A DNA stretch of 63,960 nt, filler included, from Chlamydiia bacterium (GTDB lineage: Bacteria; Chlamydiota; Chlamydiia; Chlamydiales; FEN-1388): the NCBI GenBank assembly GCA_903848235.1. It is 9 parts of 9 records of this genome, joined end to end, with 100 filler letters (N's around TTAATTAATTAA, not from the genome) between each part and the next. Parts side by side here need not be neighbours in the genome. Positions count along the whole stretch, not along the records: positions 24,104 to 30,603 come from CAINFV010000223.1; positions 30,704 to 34,376 come from CAINFV010000224.1; positions 34,477 to 43,547 come from CAINFV010000225.1; 6 more parts are not named here. One strand, written 5' to 3'. Under the pieces are notes generated by a model that searched no databases, was not told the DNA's origin, and saw only the letters and a list, made by a program, of their open reading frames with translations. Shown here piece after piece: positions 30,466-38,861 of the stretch (positions are counted from its first letter, which is position 1; each line of letters opens with the position of its first letter). The translations under genes and the position numbers were made by a program.

Positions 30466-30603
30466 AAGTTGGAATTTTTTGCCGCGTTAAAGACTCGAGC
30501 TTTGATCCATCAAAAAACATCCAATAGTACACTATGGGGTGTTTTTTGATGGTCAAATCTCGAGCCTTTTCCGCGACAAAAAACCTCAACTTTCAACTGT
30601 CAG
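30449..30603 (+). repeat. Palindromic element family B, copy 1 (contig end)
   Basis: TTGAAAGTTG...CAACTTTCAA outer arms, inner CCATCAAAAAACA/TGTTTTTTGATGG; 5 differences from the copy at 57492-57645. Confidence 0.9.
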
Positions 30604-30703
30604 NNNNNNNNNNNNNNNNNNNNNNNNNNNNNNNNNNNNNNNNNNNNTTAATTAATTAANNNNNNNNNNNNNNNNNNNNNNNNNNNNNNNNNNNNNNNNN
30701 NNN

Positions 30704-30926
30704 GAAAGACCATCAGCAGCTGATAGGGAAGGTGCGTGAGGTACTAGCGACATATAAGAAAAACGAGTTGCTGATCAAGATTGGAGAGTACAAGCGGGGG
30801 TCTGATAAAAACGTGGATTTCTCTATTGACTATGTCGACAAAGTAAATCGCTTTTTGCGACAGTCAATTGACGAACGTTCCACATGGCAGGAGACGCAGC
30901 AACAACTAAAAGCGCTCTTTAAATAG
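30704..30926 (+). CDS. sctN: Type III secretion ATPase, C-terminal fragment
   Basis: REVLATYKKNELLIKIGEYKRGSD...FLRQ; lies upstream of sctO. Confidence 0.88.
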
Positions 30927-30951
30927 GCGTTTGGAACGAGAGTGACGAACC

Positions 30952-31530
30952 GTGACAAGTGAAAACATGCCTGCCTACCCACTGGCAGAGGTGCTCGACG
31001 TGAAGCACCACCGGGTGGAAGTGGCAGAGATGGTGGTCAAAGAGAAGCAGAAGCTCCTTGAAGCTGAACAGCAGAAGCTTAAAGAACGAGAAGCAGAGCG
31101 CGACAAGGTGAAGATCCACCTGAAGGCAAAGGTAGACCAGCTTCGCAGCCTGTTTGATGAAGGGACGACAAGCGATAAAATTGACAGAAGCAAGATATAC
31201 ATCAAGGTCGTGCGCGAGAAGCTCGCTATAGAAGAGAAGAAGGTAAAAGACCAAAAGCAACAAGTAGATCTTGCTGAGAAGAACTTAGCGATAGCGAAGA
31301 ACCAGCTTAAAGATAGAGAAAAAGAAAGAGATAAGATTATCACCCACAGAAAAGAGTGGTTGAAAGAGGCAAAAAAAGAACTACAAGTCATCGAGACCCG
31401 TGCGGAAGATGAGCTGGGCTCGACGATGTTTTTGTCGAGAATGGTACAAGCGAAAGAAGAAGAACGGCGACCTCATAGGCGGCCAAAGAAATCGAGGGGA
31501 GGGGAAGAGTATGACAAGCACACCACGTAA
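30952..31530 (+). CDS. sctO: Type III secretion stalk protein (CdsO/YscO-like)
   Basis: YPLAEVLDVK..RVE.AE.VVKEK coiled coil, directly after sctN. Confidence 0.85.
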   Translation: MTSENMPAYPLAEVLDVKHHRVEVAEMVVKEKQKLLEAEQQKLKEREAERDKVKIHLKAKVDQLRSLFDEGTTSDKIDRSKIYIKVVREKLAIEEKKVKDQKQQVDLAEKNLAIAKNQLKDREKERDKIITHRKEWLKEAKKELQVIETRAEDELGSTMFLSRMVQAKEEERRPHRRPKKSRGGEEYDKHTT

Positions 31531-32617
31531 TATTATACCCGTCAGCCCTGAGGGCGACGAGGATGTATCTCGTGAAGCAAGGGTAACACGACCTGCCGCT
31601 GAGAAGGTAACGCCTTCCCAACAAGGCCGGTTCCTAGGAGCGCTCGAGAAAAAAGAGCCGAAAAAAATTGTAAAGCCAGGTACCGAGAATGCAGAAGCAG
31701 CTGATGAAGCAGAAGGTGCCGAAGAGCCTGTTGAAGGCGGTACTGTCTTTCATCTGGCGAAAGCAAAGCCGGTGAAGAAAGACGGCTCTTCTGGCGAATC
31801 GTTCACAGGAGAAGAGTCAGAAGATGAAGGCAAGGCCACAGTCATGATTCCAGAGCAAAAACCAGTGATGCCAACACAACCTACGGCGGCTCAGCAGCAG
31901 ATGGTGGCAGCATCGCAACCACAACCACTGCCGCGACCTATTGAAGGCCCGAAAGAAAAGGTGGAAACAGTAGTGCCAGAACGTGGTGCTGTACGAGCGG
32001 CGAGGCTAACATCCACGCCCGAAGAAACCGTTCCTACTGCTCCACGAGATGTCGGCGCATTCCGCAAGCTGATGGAAGAAAAAGGAAAGGGAGCAGAACA
32101 AGTCCCTGAACAAGTTGCTGCAATGATAGGCCCCCAAAGACCAGCGGTCACACCAACGTCAGTTGGCGAGGCGGCGCAGCCAGTAGAACGCCCGATGCCA
32201 ACACGTCAGGCGATTATGGAAATCCTTCGTCAGACAGCAGATGCCATTGCCACCTTTGTGTCAAAGCATGAGGTAAGAACTGTCGTCACGATAAAGCAAC
32301 CGCCAATCTTCGAGGGGGCAACGCTGACCGTCACAGAATATTCATCAGCTCCTCATCAGTTTAACATCACCTTTGAGAACCTCTCTCCAGATGCTCGGCG
32401 CCTGCTAGAGTCCACTGCAAACCAACAGACGCTCAAGCAATCGCTCGTTGAACGGGGATATACCGTTCAGAATGTCTTTGTCGAAGCCACATCACGCCCT
32501 GCCGTCACACCAATAGTCACCGAGACAAAAAGTGAGTCGCAGACGAAGAAAGAGTTTGGCGACGAAGACCAGGGTACCGGCGGAAGCACAGGAGGAGAAG
32601 CCGGCGGCGCTCAGTAA
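31511..32617 (+). CDS. sctP: Type III secretion needle-length control protein (CdsP-like)
   Basis: P/E/T-rich N-terminus, FliK-like C-terminus (FEGATLTV...NITFENLS...L.ERGY) and position after sctO. Confidence 0.72.
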   Translation: MTSTPRNIIPVSPEGDEDVSREARVTRPAAEKVTPSQQGRFLGALEKKEPKKIVKPGTENAEAADEAEGAEEPVEGGTVFHLAKAKPVKKDGSSGESFTGEESEDEGKATVMIPEQKPVMPTQPTAAQQQMVAASQPQPLPRPIEGPKEKVETVVPERGAVRAARLTSTPEETVPTAPRDVGAFRKLMEEKGKGAEQVPEQVAAMIGPQRPAVTPTSVGEAAQPVERPMPTRQAIMEILRQTADAIATFVSKHEVRTVVTIKQPPIFEGATLTVTEYSSAPHQFNITFENLSPDARRLLESTANQQTLKQSLVERGYTVQNVFVEATSRPAVTPIVTETKSESQTKKEFGDEDQGTGGSTGGEAGGAQ

Positions 32618-32636
32618 GCAACTACCCCTCCCTCAT

Positions 32637-32672
32637 AAAAAAACCCCTATGGTATCCATGGGGGTTTTTTTT
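32637..32672 (+). terminator. Bidirectional intrinsic terminator after sctP
   Basis: AAAAAAACCCC.ATGG/CCATGGGGGTTTTTTTT. Confidence 0.8.
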
Positions 32673-32757
32673 ACGCTCACCATTTCAGTATAACATCAGT
32701 AATTTGATATCCTGTATCGTATTCTTGTCGCTACTATCCTAACGAGATCCAGACCCC

Positions 32758-33741
32758 ATGAGCATTATCTCCGTCAACAATCTGAACAAACAGTTTCGGA
32801 TCCCTCGCCGCAGAAAAGGGCTCCTCGGCAGCATCATCTCCCTTTTCTCACGAGAATACGACATTCACAATGCTCTAGACGGTGTTTCTTTTGATATTGA
32901 CGAAGGAGAGCTCGTTGGCTACATCGGCCCCAATGGCGCCGGCAAGAGCACCACGGTAAAGATTCTCTCCGGCATTCTTGTCCCCTCAAGCGGCGATGTG
33001 AGTGTCATGGGAAAAAGACCCTGGGAGAACAGAATTGACACTGTCAAGCATCTTGGGGTTGTCTTTGGCCAGAAAACTCAGCTCTGGTGGGATCTTCCTG
33101 TCATCGAATCCTTTGAGCTGATCCGCGATATCTACGGAGTGTCAGACGCGAACTATAAGAAGATACTCTCCTCCCTCACCGACATGCTCCGCCTCTCAAA
33201 GCTCTTCAACATCCCTGTCCGCCAGCTCAGCCTTGGCCAGCGCATGCGCTGCGACCTTGCGGCATCACTTCTCCACTCACCGAAGATTCTCTTTCTCGAT
33301 GAGCCCACCATCGGTCTTGACGCCGTCAGCAAGCTTGCTGTACGCGATTTCATCCGCCATCTGAATAAAGAGCACAAGGTGACGATTTTGCTGACCACTC
33401 ATGATATGGACGACATCGAAGCCCTCTGCAAACGGGTGATTGTCCTCAATGAGGGAAAAATATTCCTCGATGGCTCTCTCTCCTCCCTGCGCAAAAAAAT
33501 CTCTCCAGAACGGCGGCTGATCCTTGATTTGATCAACGAACATGATACCGTATCCGACCCGCAGGCAACCTTTGCCCACCAAGAGGGGCACCGCGTCTTC
33601 TTGCGTTTCGACCCAACCCTCTGCTCGCCTCCTGAGCTGATTGCCCGCATCCTCTCCAAGCACGCCATCCGTGACCTGTATGTGGAGAACTTACCCATAG
33701 AAGAGATCATCGCCAAGTTCTACCGAGGAGCCTCGGCATGA
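32758..33741 (+). CDS. ABC-2 type exporter ATP-binding protein
   Basis: GPNGAGKST, LSLGQRMR, LFLDEPTIGLD and TTHDM. Confidence 0.92.
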   Translation: MSIISVNNLNKQFRIPRRRKGLLGSIISLFSREYDIHNALDGVSFDIDEGELVGYIGPNGAGKSTTVKILSGILVPSSGDVSVMGKRPWENRIDTVKHLGVVFGQKTQLWWDLPVIESFELIRDIYGVSDANYKKILSSLTDMLRLSKLFNIPVRQLSLGQRMRCDLAASLLHSPKILFLDEPTIGLDAVSKLAVRDFIRHLNKEHKVTILLTTHDMDDIEALCKRVIVLNEGKIFLDGSLSSLRKKISPERRLILDLINEHDTVSDPQATFAHQEGHRVFLRFDPTLCSPPELIARILSKHAIRDLYVENLPIEEIIAKFYRGASA

Positions 33742-34376
33742 GAGGATACCTTGCTGTCATACGATGCCGCATAGCAGCTCTGCTTCAATATCGATCTGCT
33801 GCCTTTGCCGGCGGGCTGACGCAGCTGTTCTGGGGAGGGATCAAGATGATGATCCTCGTTGCTCTGTATTCGCAGAGCTCTAGGCCGCAGCCCATCTCTC
33901 TATCTGCGGCGATCACCTTCACCTGGCTGGGGCAGGCTGCTGTCACACTCCTGCCATGGGATGTTGACGAAGAGAGTGAGGAGTCAATCAGAAGTGGGAA
34001 CATAGTCTATACCCTCACTCAGCCCTTAGATCTCTTTTGGATCTTTTTTTCACGCTCCTTCGCCATCCGCCTTATACCAACCCTCATGCGCGCTCTTCCT
34101 ATTTTCATAGTAGCAGGGCTGTTCTTTGGCCTCTCCTCCCCTGCCTCATGGGGCGCTGGAAGCGCTTTTGTCTGTTCCATGATCTTCGCCACTATCCTCT
34201 CATCAGCGCTTACCACGATGGTCGTGACAACACTTTTTTGGACTATGTCAGGAGAAGGGATCCAGCGCATACTGCCTCACCTATCCCTTCTGCTCTCTGG
34301 CCTTATCGTCCCTCTGCCGCTGTTTCCTGAGTGGATGCAGCCGCTTCTCAACGTACAACCCCTTCGCGGCATCGTC
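33738..34376 (+). CDS. ABC-2 family permease, partial
   Basis: Multiple TM helices, IRSGNI...L.QP and SG..VPL.LFP; ATGA overlap with the ATPase gene. Confidence 0.85.
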
Positions 34377-34476
34377 NNNNNNNNNNNNNNNNNNNNNNNN
34401 NNNNNNNNNNNNNNNNNNNNTTAATTAATTAANNNNNNNNNNNNNNNNNNNNNNNNNNNNNNNNNNNNNNNNNNNN

Positions 34477-34576
34477 ATTTATCATAGATGGCCTGCCCAG
34501 GCCGATCTATGATAAATGCAATCGTCTGAGAGACAACCCTCTGCGAACTCGGTGCCCAAAAAATGCTAAAGTCCAG
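34477..34576 (-). repeat. Palindromic element A, partial copy at contig start
   Basis: Reverse complement of 9522-9621 with one substitution. Confidence 0.9.
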
Positions 34577-34604
34577 CAAAGATGTGTATATGTTTGTGTC
34601 ATAA

Positions 34605-37600
34605 TTGAAAAAGATTTCCTTACAACAGCATAAACGAGGTTCTTGCTTCGATTGTTATTTTTATAGTAATCTAAGCGATCTTTTTGTTTTTCAAAGAAGT
34701 TTTAACCTTGGCAATAATGTTTTTATGTCGTTACATTCTGTTTGTTTTGCCGGTTTTGAAGAGTCATTTCGATACCTGTTAGGGCAAGAAAAGCTTTACT
34801 ATCCATCCCAAGTCTCCCCACTACTCAATACCTGCTCTCAGGTTGCGATTGCCCTCAAGGATGGTTCCCCTGAATCCGTGAAACAAAACATTCGTGCCAT
34901 ATTCCAAGTTTCTCATGCCATTTTTATCAAATTCCAAAATTCGTGGTCTCTGCGCGATCAACAAGAACTGCTCTACTTTACGATGTCTCTTATAACCCTT
35001 TCACCGAATACTGCTGGAGATATTGTAAGGGGAATAGAGGGGACCGTTGTTACAATATGTCAGGTTTCTATAGACATTTTTGAAAAACGAGCAAGGGTGG
35101 AGACCGTTGCAAATCCCCAAGATATGCTTCACTCATTGGGTAGGGCGTTGAAATGCCTTGACCTACGAGTTGCACCCCTTTTGCAAGTAATCAACCTATA
35201 CAAACGATGTACAACCCTTTTCTTACAAGAGTTAGCTACTTGCGACGAGGGTGTTTTTCTCTGCTCAAATCAAGAGTTTGGGCAAATAGCTATTCACATA
35301 AGTGAACTTCGAGGCGGAAGTACCCAGGTGGTGAGCCATTGGAAGGATCTTCTTGCGAGCGCTCTAAGAGAGAGTGGAGATCAGGCTCATTCCTACGTAT
35401 TTATAGAGCGGCTCTTGCGTATTTTGTTGATCACAGCAGGTGGAGTGTTTAGGGCTCGCATGCACCTGACCCCTGATGGGGCAGCTTGTGCTCACTTGAT
35501 TCTTGATTCCCTTGATCTCATCTTGGGGTCATTCTTACGGAGCTGTCACGTTGTAGCGCAGCGAACAGAGCTGCTCTCGCTTCGAGACAAGGTCTACGCT
35601 GGATTCTGCGGACTGTATCCGACGATCCTCATCGAACGGCATGAACGGCAAGGCGTGCCATTCGACCCCTCATATGTTTTCTCCGTAGAAACCACCCTCC
35701 AACGGGTGATTAAAGGGTTGCAAGCTGCAAACGTAGCTGTTGTTCCACACGACCTTCTTCTCCACCACTACAGTCGTACCTTGGCATTTGCAGTTCAACA
35801 ATGCGATACGATCCTGCCTGCACGGTTCGAACAGCTCTTAGCCTTGAATCTCGTTGTTAGAAAAAATTGGCAGCAAGATCGTTCCTGTATCGACCTGATG
35901 TCTTTAGCCTGGGTACAAGCTGCAAAGGAGATGCACAAGCTGCCCTCGATCACTCCTTCTGGTTTTAAGGGCCTTATCATGATGATAACCATGGACATCA
36001 TGGGTATAAAAGCTGTCAATGGATACATCGGCCAAGAGGCATCAGATGCATTTTTTGAAGCTGCGGATGCGATTGATTCCTTGCTGTCACGGTGTGGAGC
36101 AGATTGTTCTGTGCCAAAAAAAGAGCTTGCTGAATTACGAACTGCTATCGTAACTGGCGTTTGTGATATTCAACCTATCTTTGCTCTTGACTGGTATGAA
36201 AAGTGTCACACAAAACATATAGCCGATACCTCGTTAGCACTGAACGAAGTGCTAAAGATCTCTCTTGGGGCTTTTTTACAGATGGATCCTAAGACGGTCT
36301 TAGCGTCCTATGCGAGTGAAAAGCTTTGTCGACTTCGTTCCAATGTGTTGCATCACATAGGAGAGATTACCGATGAAGAGTTTTTGAGTCTGAAGGGCCA
36401 ATTTCTCAAATTGTGCGAGCTTTGGAGAAAGACCGAGGTTGATGTGGGACTGTTGAAAACATGGGGATCAGAACTTGGCGCCATCCTGCACGAGCTTTCC
36501 GCATCTGACGGACACGCTGTTGATGCCGGTCCTGCAAGTAAAGCTCGAACCTCTCCTTCTTGCATACGTAGGACGATCGAATTATTGACGGTTGATCTAC
36601 TCAGCTTCGAAGGAAGAGCCGCCATAGAACTCCTTCCACAGCTGATTGACATGGCCGATGAGCTGGTCTGTCGGGTTACGAAAAAAATTCGCGCCTCAGA
36701 ACAGCGACTTGCATTGACCAGTGCCCACGAAGAACTCTTTTTGGCTCTTTTAAAAGTCGCGCCATCAGTTGTAATCGATCGTCTCGCCATTATTGAGCCT
36801 GGTAAGGCTCCCGTCGAGACTGTTCGACGCATGGAAAGGATGCTCCTTACCTGTGATCGACTCTCTACGATCACAGACCAGGAGATGCGGCTTTTTCTCC
36901 TTGAGCTCTTTCATGTGAATCTGGAGAACTATTGCTATCAAGAGGGGGTCCGGATGATGCCCCACCCGCTGATCGACGGACCCACACTGTGTCCTTCCTC
37001 TCCCCAACGGTCTCCTCTCCATCTCATGATGGAGGAGAGTATGGTTATGGATGACTTGGACGTAGCCTGTGTTGCCCACTGTAAAGACTTTGCTGCTGAT
37101 CCAGAGAAACGAAGGTGGGTGCTCTTTGCCTTTCGGTGGTATCTGAGAAAATGTATCGAAAAACAGCGCAAAACGTGTTTAAAAGCGTGTAGAGAGTGGC
37201 ATGGTCTTTCGACGTCCTGGCCCAAAGGTCAAGCAAGGGCTCCATCATTAGCCTTGATGGTGTCTGATCCAAAAGACCTGTATGAGACGCCGCTTGTCGG
37301 GCAATACCTCGATCTATGCAGGGGGGCAAGCCTTTGCTCTCGTCAAGAGCTTGTATCAAAGACGTCCAGATTTTTTCAGGATGTATTTTGTAGGCTCGGT
37401 GAACAGGCGCGAGAGTTTGAAGGGGAGTTTCGAAATTTATGGCCACTGTACGAGCGGGGAGTGGTGTCGGTGGAGGCTCATATCAAACAGATGCCAGGAT
37501 ATAATCGTCTGGGCAAGCTCAATCCAAGGGTGCCAGTAGAAAACGGTTTTGCTCTTCTTGTTTGTCCACAGGTTCGTAATCCGGGCCATGGAGCCGAAGA

Positions 37601-38732
37601 CCAGTTCTTTCAACCGTGGATGTCTGCCATGATGGCAGGTGGAGAAGTCGGGATGGCTAAGGCCATAGCCGAATCTCTTGCGCCTGGCAACGCCTCCCTT
37701 GCGACTCGATTTTTACAAGAGCTTGAGTTGCTCGAAGAGGAGGGAAGACCGGAGTCTCCTCCCTCGCCGGTTATTGCCCATCCCAGTCCTCTAGCTGCAG
37801 AACCATCCCCCAAACGTCCAAGTCCTCAGACAAAGGTCTCAAGACCCAAATCCCATCCAACGCCTAAGCGGAAGAGAAAAGATCCTTCCTCTACTGCGCA
37901 TGTGCAGGGGGCATTTCCTGTTGTGGGGCTCGTCCCTTCACCCCTCGCTCTTGATGGGGTATTAGATTCTCCAGAGAAAATAACTGAGGAGTCGTTAGTT
38001 GCCGGACTTCAACAGCTCTCATTGGCTGAAGAGCCAGGATCTGTAGAGGAAAAAGAGGCACTACTTCCTGTGCCAGAAGTTATTCCTCTCCCATGCAAGC
38101 CCGAAGGCGAGATACGAGCCATCACGGCTCATCTTGTTGAGGGATGCCTGCAGCAACGTCTTGGGAGGATAGCTAGAAGGGTACATAGGTGGAAATCAGA
38201 GTTCTTCACAACCCCTTCAGCAGATCAGTACGACCGGCACACCTACCCATTTCAACTAATCAATCTGATCCGAGAGTATGGTGAAAGGGAGCTTTGGGCA
38301 TCGCTGACTCGTGGACGCATGAACGAACACTTTGTTTGTATTGGAATGATGCAGCGGTACGGTCGGGCCCTGCCGTCTCTTTTTGGCATTTTCTCGGAAG
38401 CGTTTGCAACGGGAGAAGAGGGGGAGCTGTATCATCACGATCTTCTGGAACGAACCCAACAAGATTTACACGAAAGATATCGTCGCCACAGGAGCTTTTT
38501 TGATATCGATGGTTGCCAGACACCGAAAATGACGACGCCGTTCCAGGAGCGGCTGTTTGAAAAGCTTGGTCAGACAGGGTCGTTTTTCTCATCACTTGAT
38601 AAGGCCTCTCCTCGGCCGTGTTGCAATGGCCGCTTTTGGGTTCAGATTGGTGACATGACAGTGCGGGTCGACGATCGGATGTTTGGGAATGCGTATACGT
38701 TGGCTCTCAAGGTGCGACCCGATGGGATTTGA
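34605..38732 (+). CDS. Giant orphan protein: helical repeats, NLS-like motif and DUF1609-like C-terminus; probable effector
   Basis: 1375-codon ORF (likely ATG 34725); PKRKRK; RRVHRW...H...FVCIG...GIF...LYHH. Confidence 0.7.
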   Translation: MKKISLQQHKRGSCFDCYFYSNLSDLFVFQRSFNLGNNVFMSLHSVCFAGFEESFRYLLGQEKLYYPSQVSPLLNTCSQVAIALKDGSPESVKQNIRAIFQVSHAIFIKFQNSWSLRDQQELLYFTMSLITLSPNTAGDIVRGIEGTVVTICQVSIDIFEKRARVETVANPQDMLHSLGRALKCLDLRVAPLLQVINLYKRCTTLFLQELATCDEGVFLCSNQEFGQIAIHISELRGGSTQVVSHWKDLLASALRESGDQAHSYVFIERLLRILLITAGGVFRARMHLTPDGAACAHLILDSLDLILGSFLRSCHVVAQRTELLSLRDKVYAGFCGLYPTILIERHERQGVPFDPSYVFSVETTLQRVIKGLQAANVAVVPHDLLLHHYSRTLAFAVQQCDTILPARFEQLLALNLVVRKNWQQDRSCIDLMSLAWVQAAKEMHKLPSITPSGFKGLIMMITMDIMGIKAVNGYIGQEASDAFFEAADAIDSLLSRCGADCSVPKKELAELRTAIVTGVCDIQPIFALDWYEKCHTKHIADTSLALNEVLKISLGAFLQMDPKTVLASYASEKLCRLRSNVLHHIGEITDEEFLSLKGQFLKLCELWRKTEVDVGLLKTWGSELGAILHELSASDGHAVDAGPASKARTSPSCIRRTIELLTVDLLSFEGRAAIELLPQLIDMADELVCRVTKKIRASEQRLALTSAHEELFLALLKVAPSVVIDRLAIIEPGKAPVETVRRMERMLLTCDRLSTITDQEMRLFLLELFHVNLENYCYQEGVRMMPHPLIDGPTLCPSSPQRSPLHLMMEESMVMDDLDVACVAHCKDFAADPEKRRWVLFAFRWYLRKCIEKQRKTCLKACREWHGLSTSWPKGQARAPSLALMVSDPKDLYETPLVGQYLDLCRGASLCSRQELVSKTSRFFQDVFCRLGEQAREFEGEFRNLWPLYERGVVSVEAHIKQMPGYNRLGKLNPRVPVENGFALLVCPQVRNPGHGAEDQFFQPWMSAMMAGGEVGMAKAIAESLAPGNASLATRFLQELELLEEEGRPESPPSPVIAHPSPLAAEPSPKRPSPQTKVSRPKSHPTPKRKRKDPSSTAHVQGAFPVVGLVPSPLALDGVLDSPEKITEESLVAGLQQLSLAEEPGSVEEKEALLPVPEVIPLPCKPEGEIRAITAHLVEGCLQQRLGRIARRVHRWKSEFFTTPSADQYDRHTYPFQLINLIREYGERELWASLTRGRMNEHFVCIGMMQRYGRALPSLFGIFSEAFATGEEGELYHHDLLERTQQDLHERYRRHRSFFDIDGCQTPKMTTPFQERLFEKLGQTGSFFSSLDKASPRPCCNGRFWVQIGDMTVRVDDRMFGNAYTLALKVRPDGI

Positions 38733-38763
38733 AACGGAAGTTCCACAGTGATGGGCAACTTAG

Positions 38764-38838
38764 ACTGGACTTTAGCATTTTTTGGGCACCGAGTTCGCAG
38801 AGCGTTCTCTCTTTAGACTTCTTGCATTTATCATAGAT
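38764..38838 (+). repeat. Palindromic element A, degenerate left half
   Basis: ACTGGACTTTAGCATTTTTTGGGCACCGAGTTCGCAGAG...TTGCATTTATCATAGAT, between two convergent giant genes. Confidence 0.85.
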
Positions 38839-38861
38839 GTCCTAACCAGACGGAAGGTTGA

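Noticed and set aside
30323..30589. Near-identical small ORFs at 30323-30589 and 57447-57632 (MR.FVAEKARDLTIKKHP...)
   Set aside because: They are antisense translations of palindromic element B, not independent genes.
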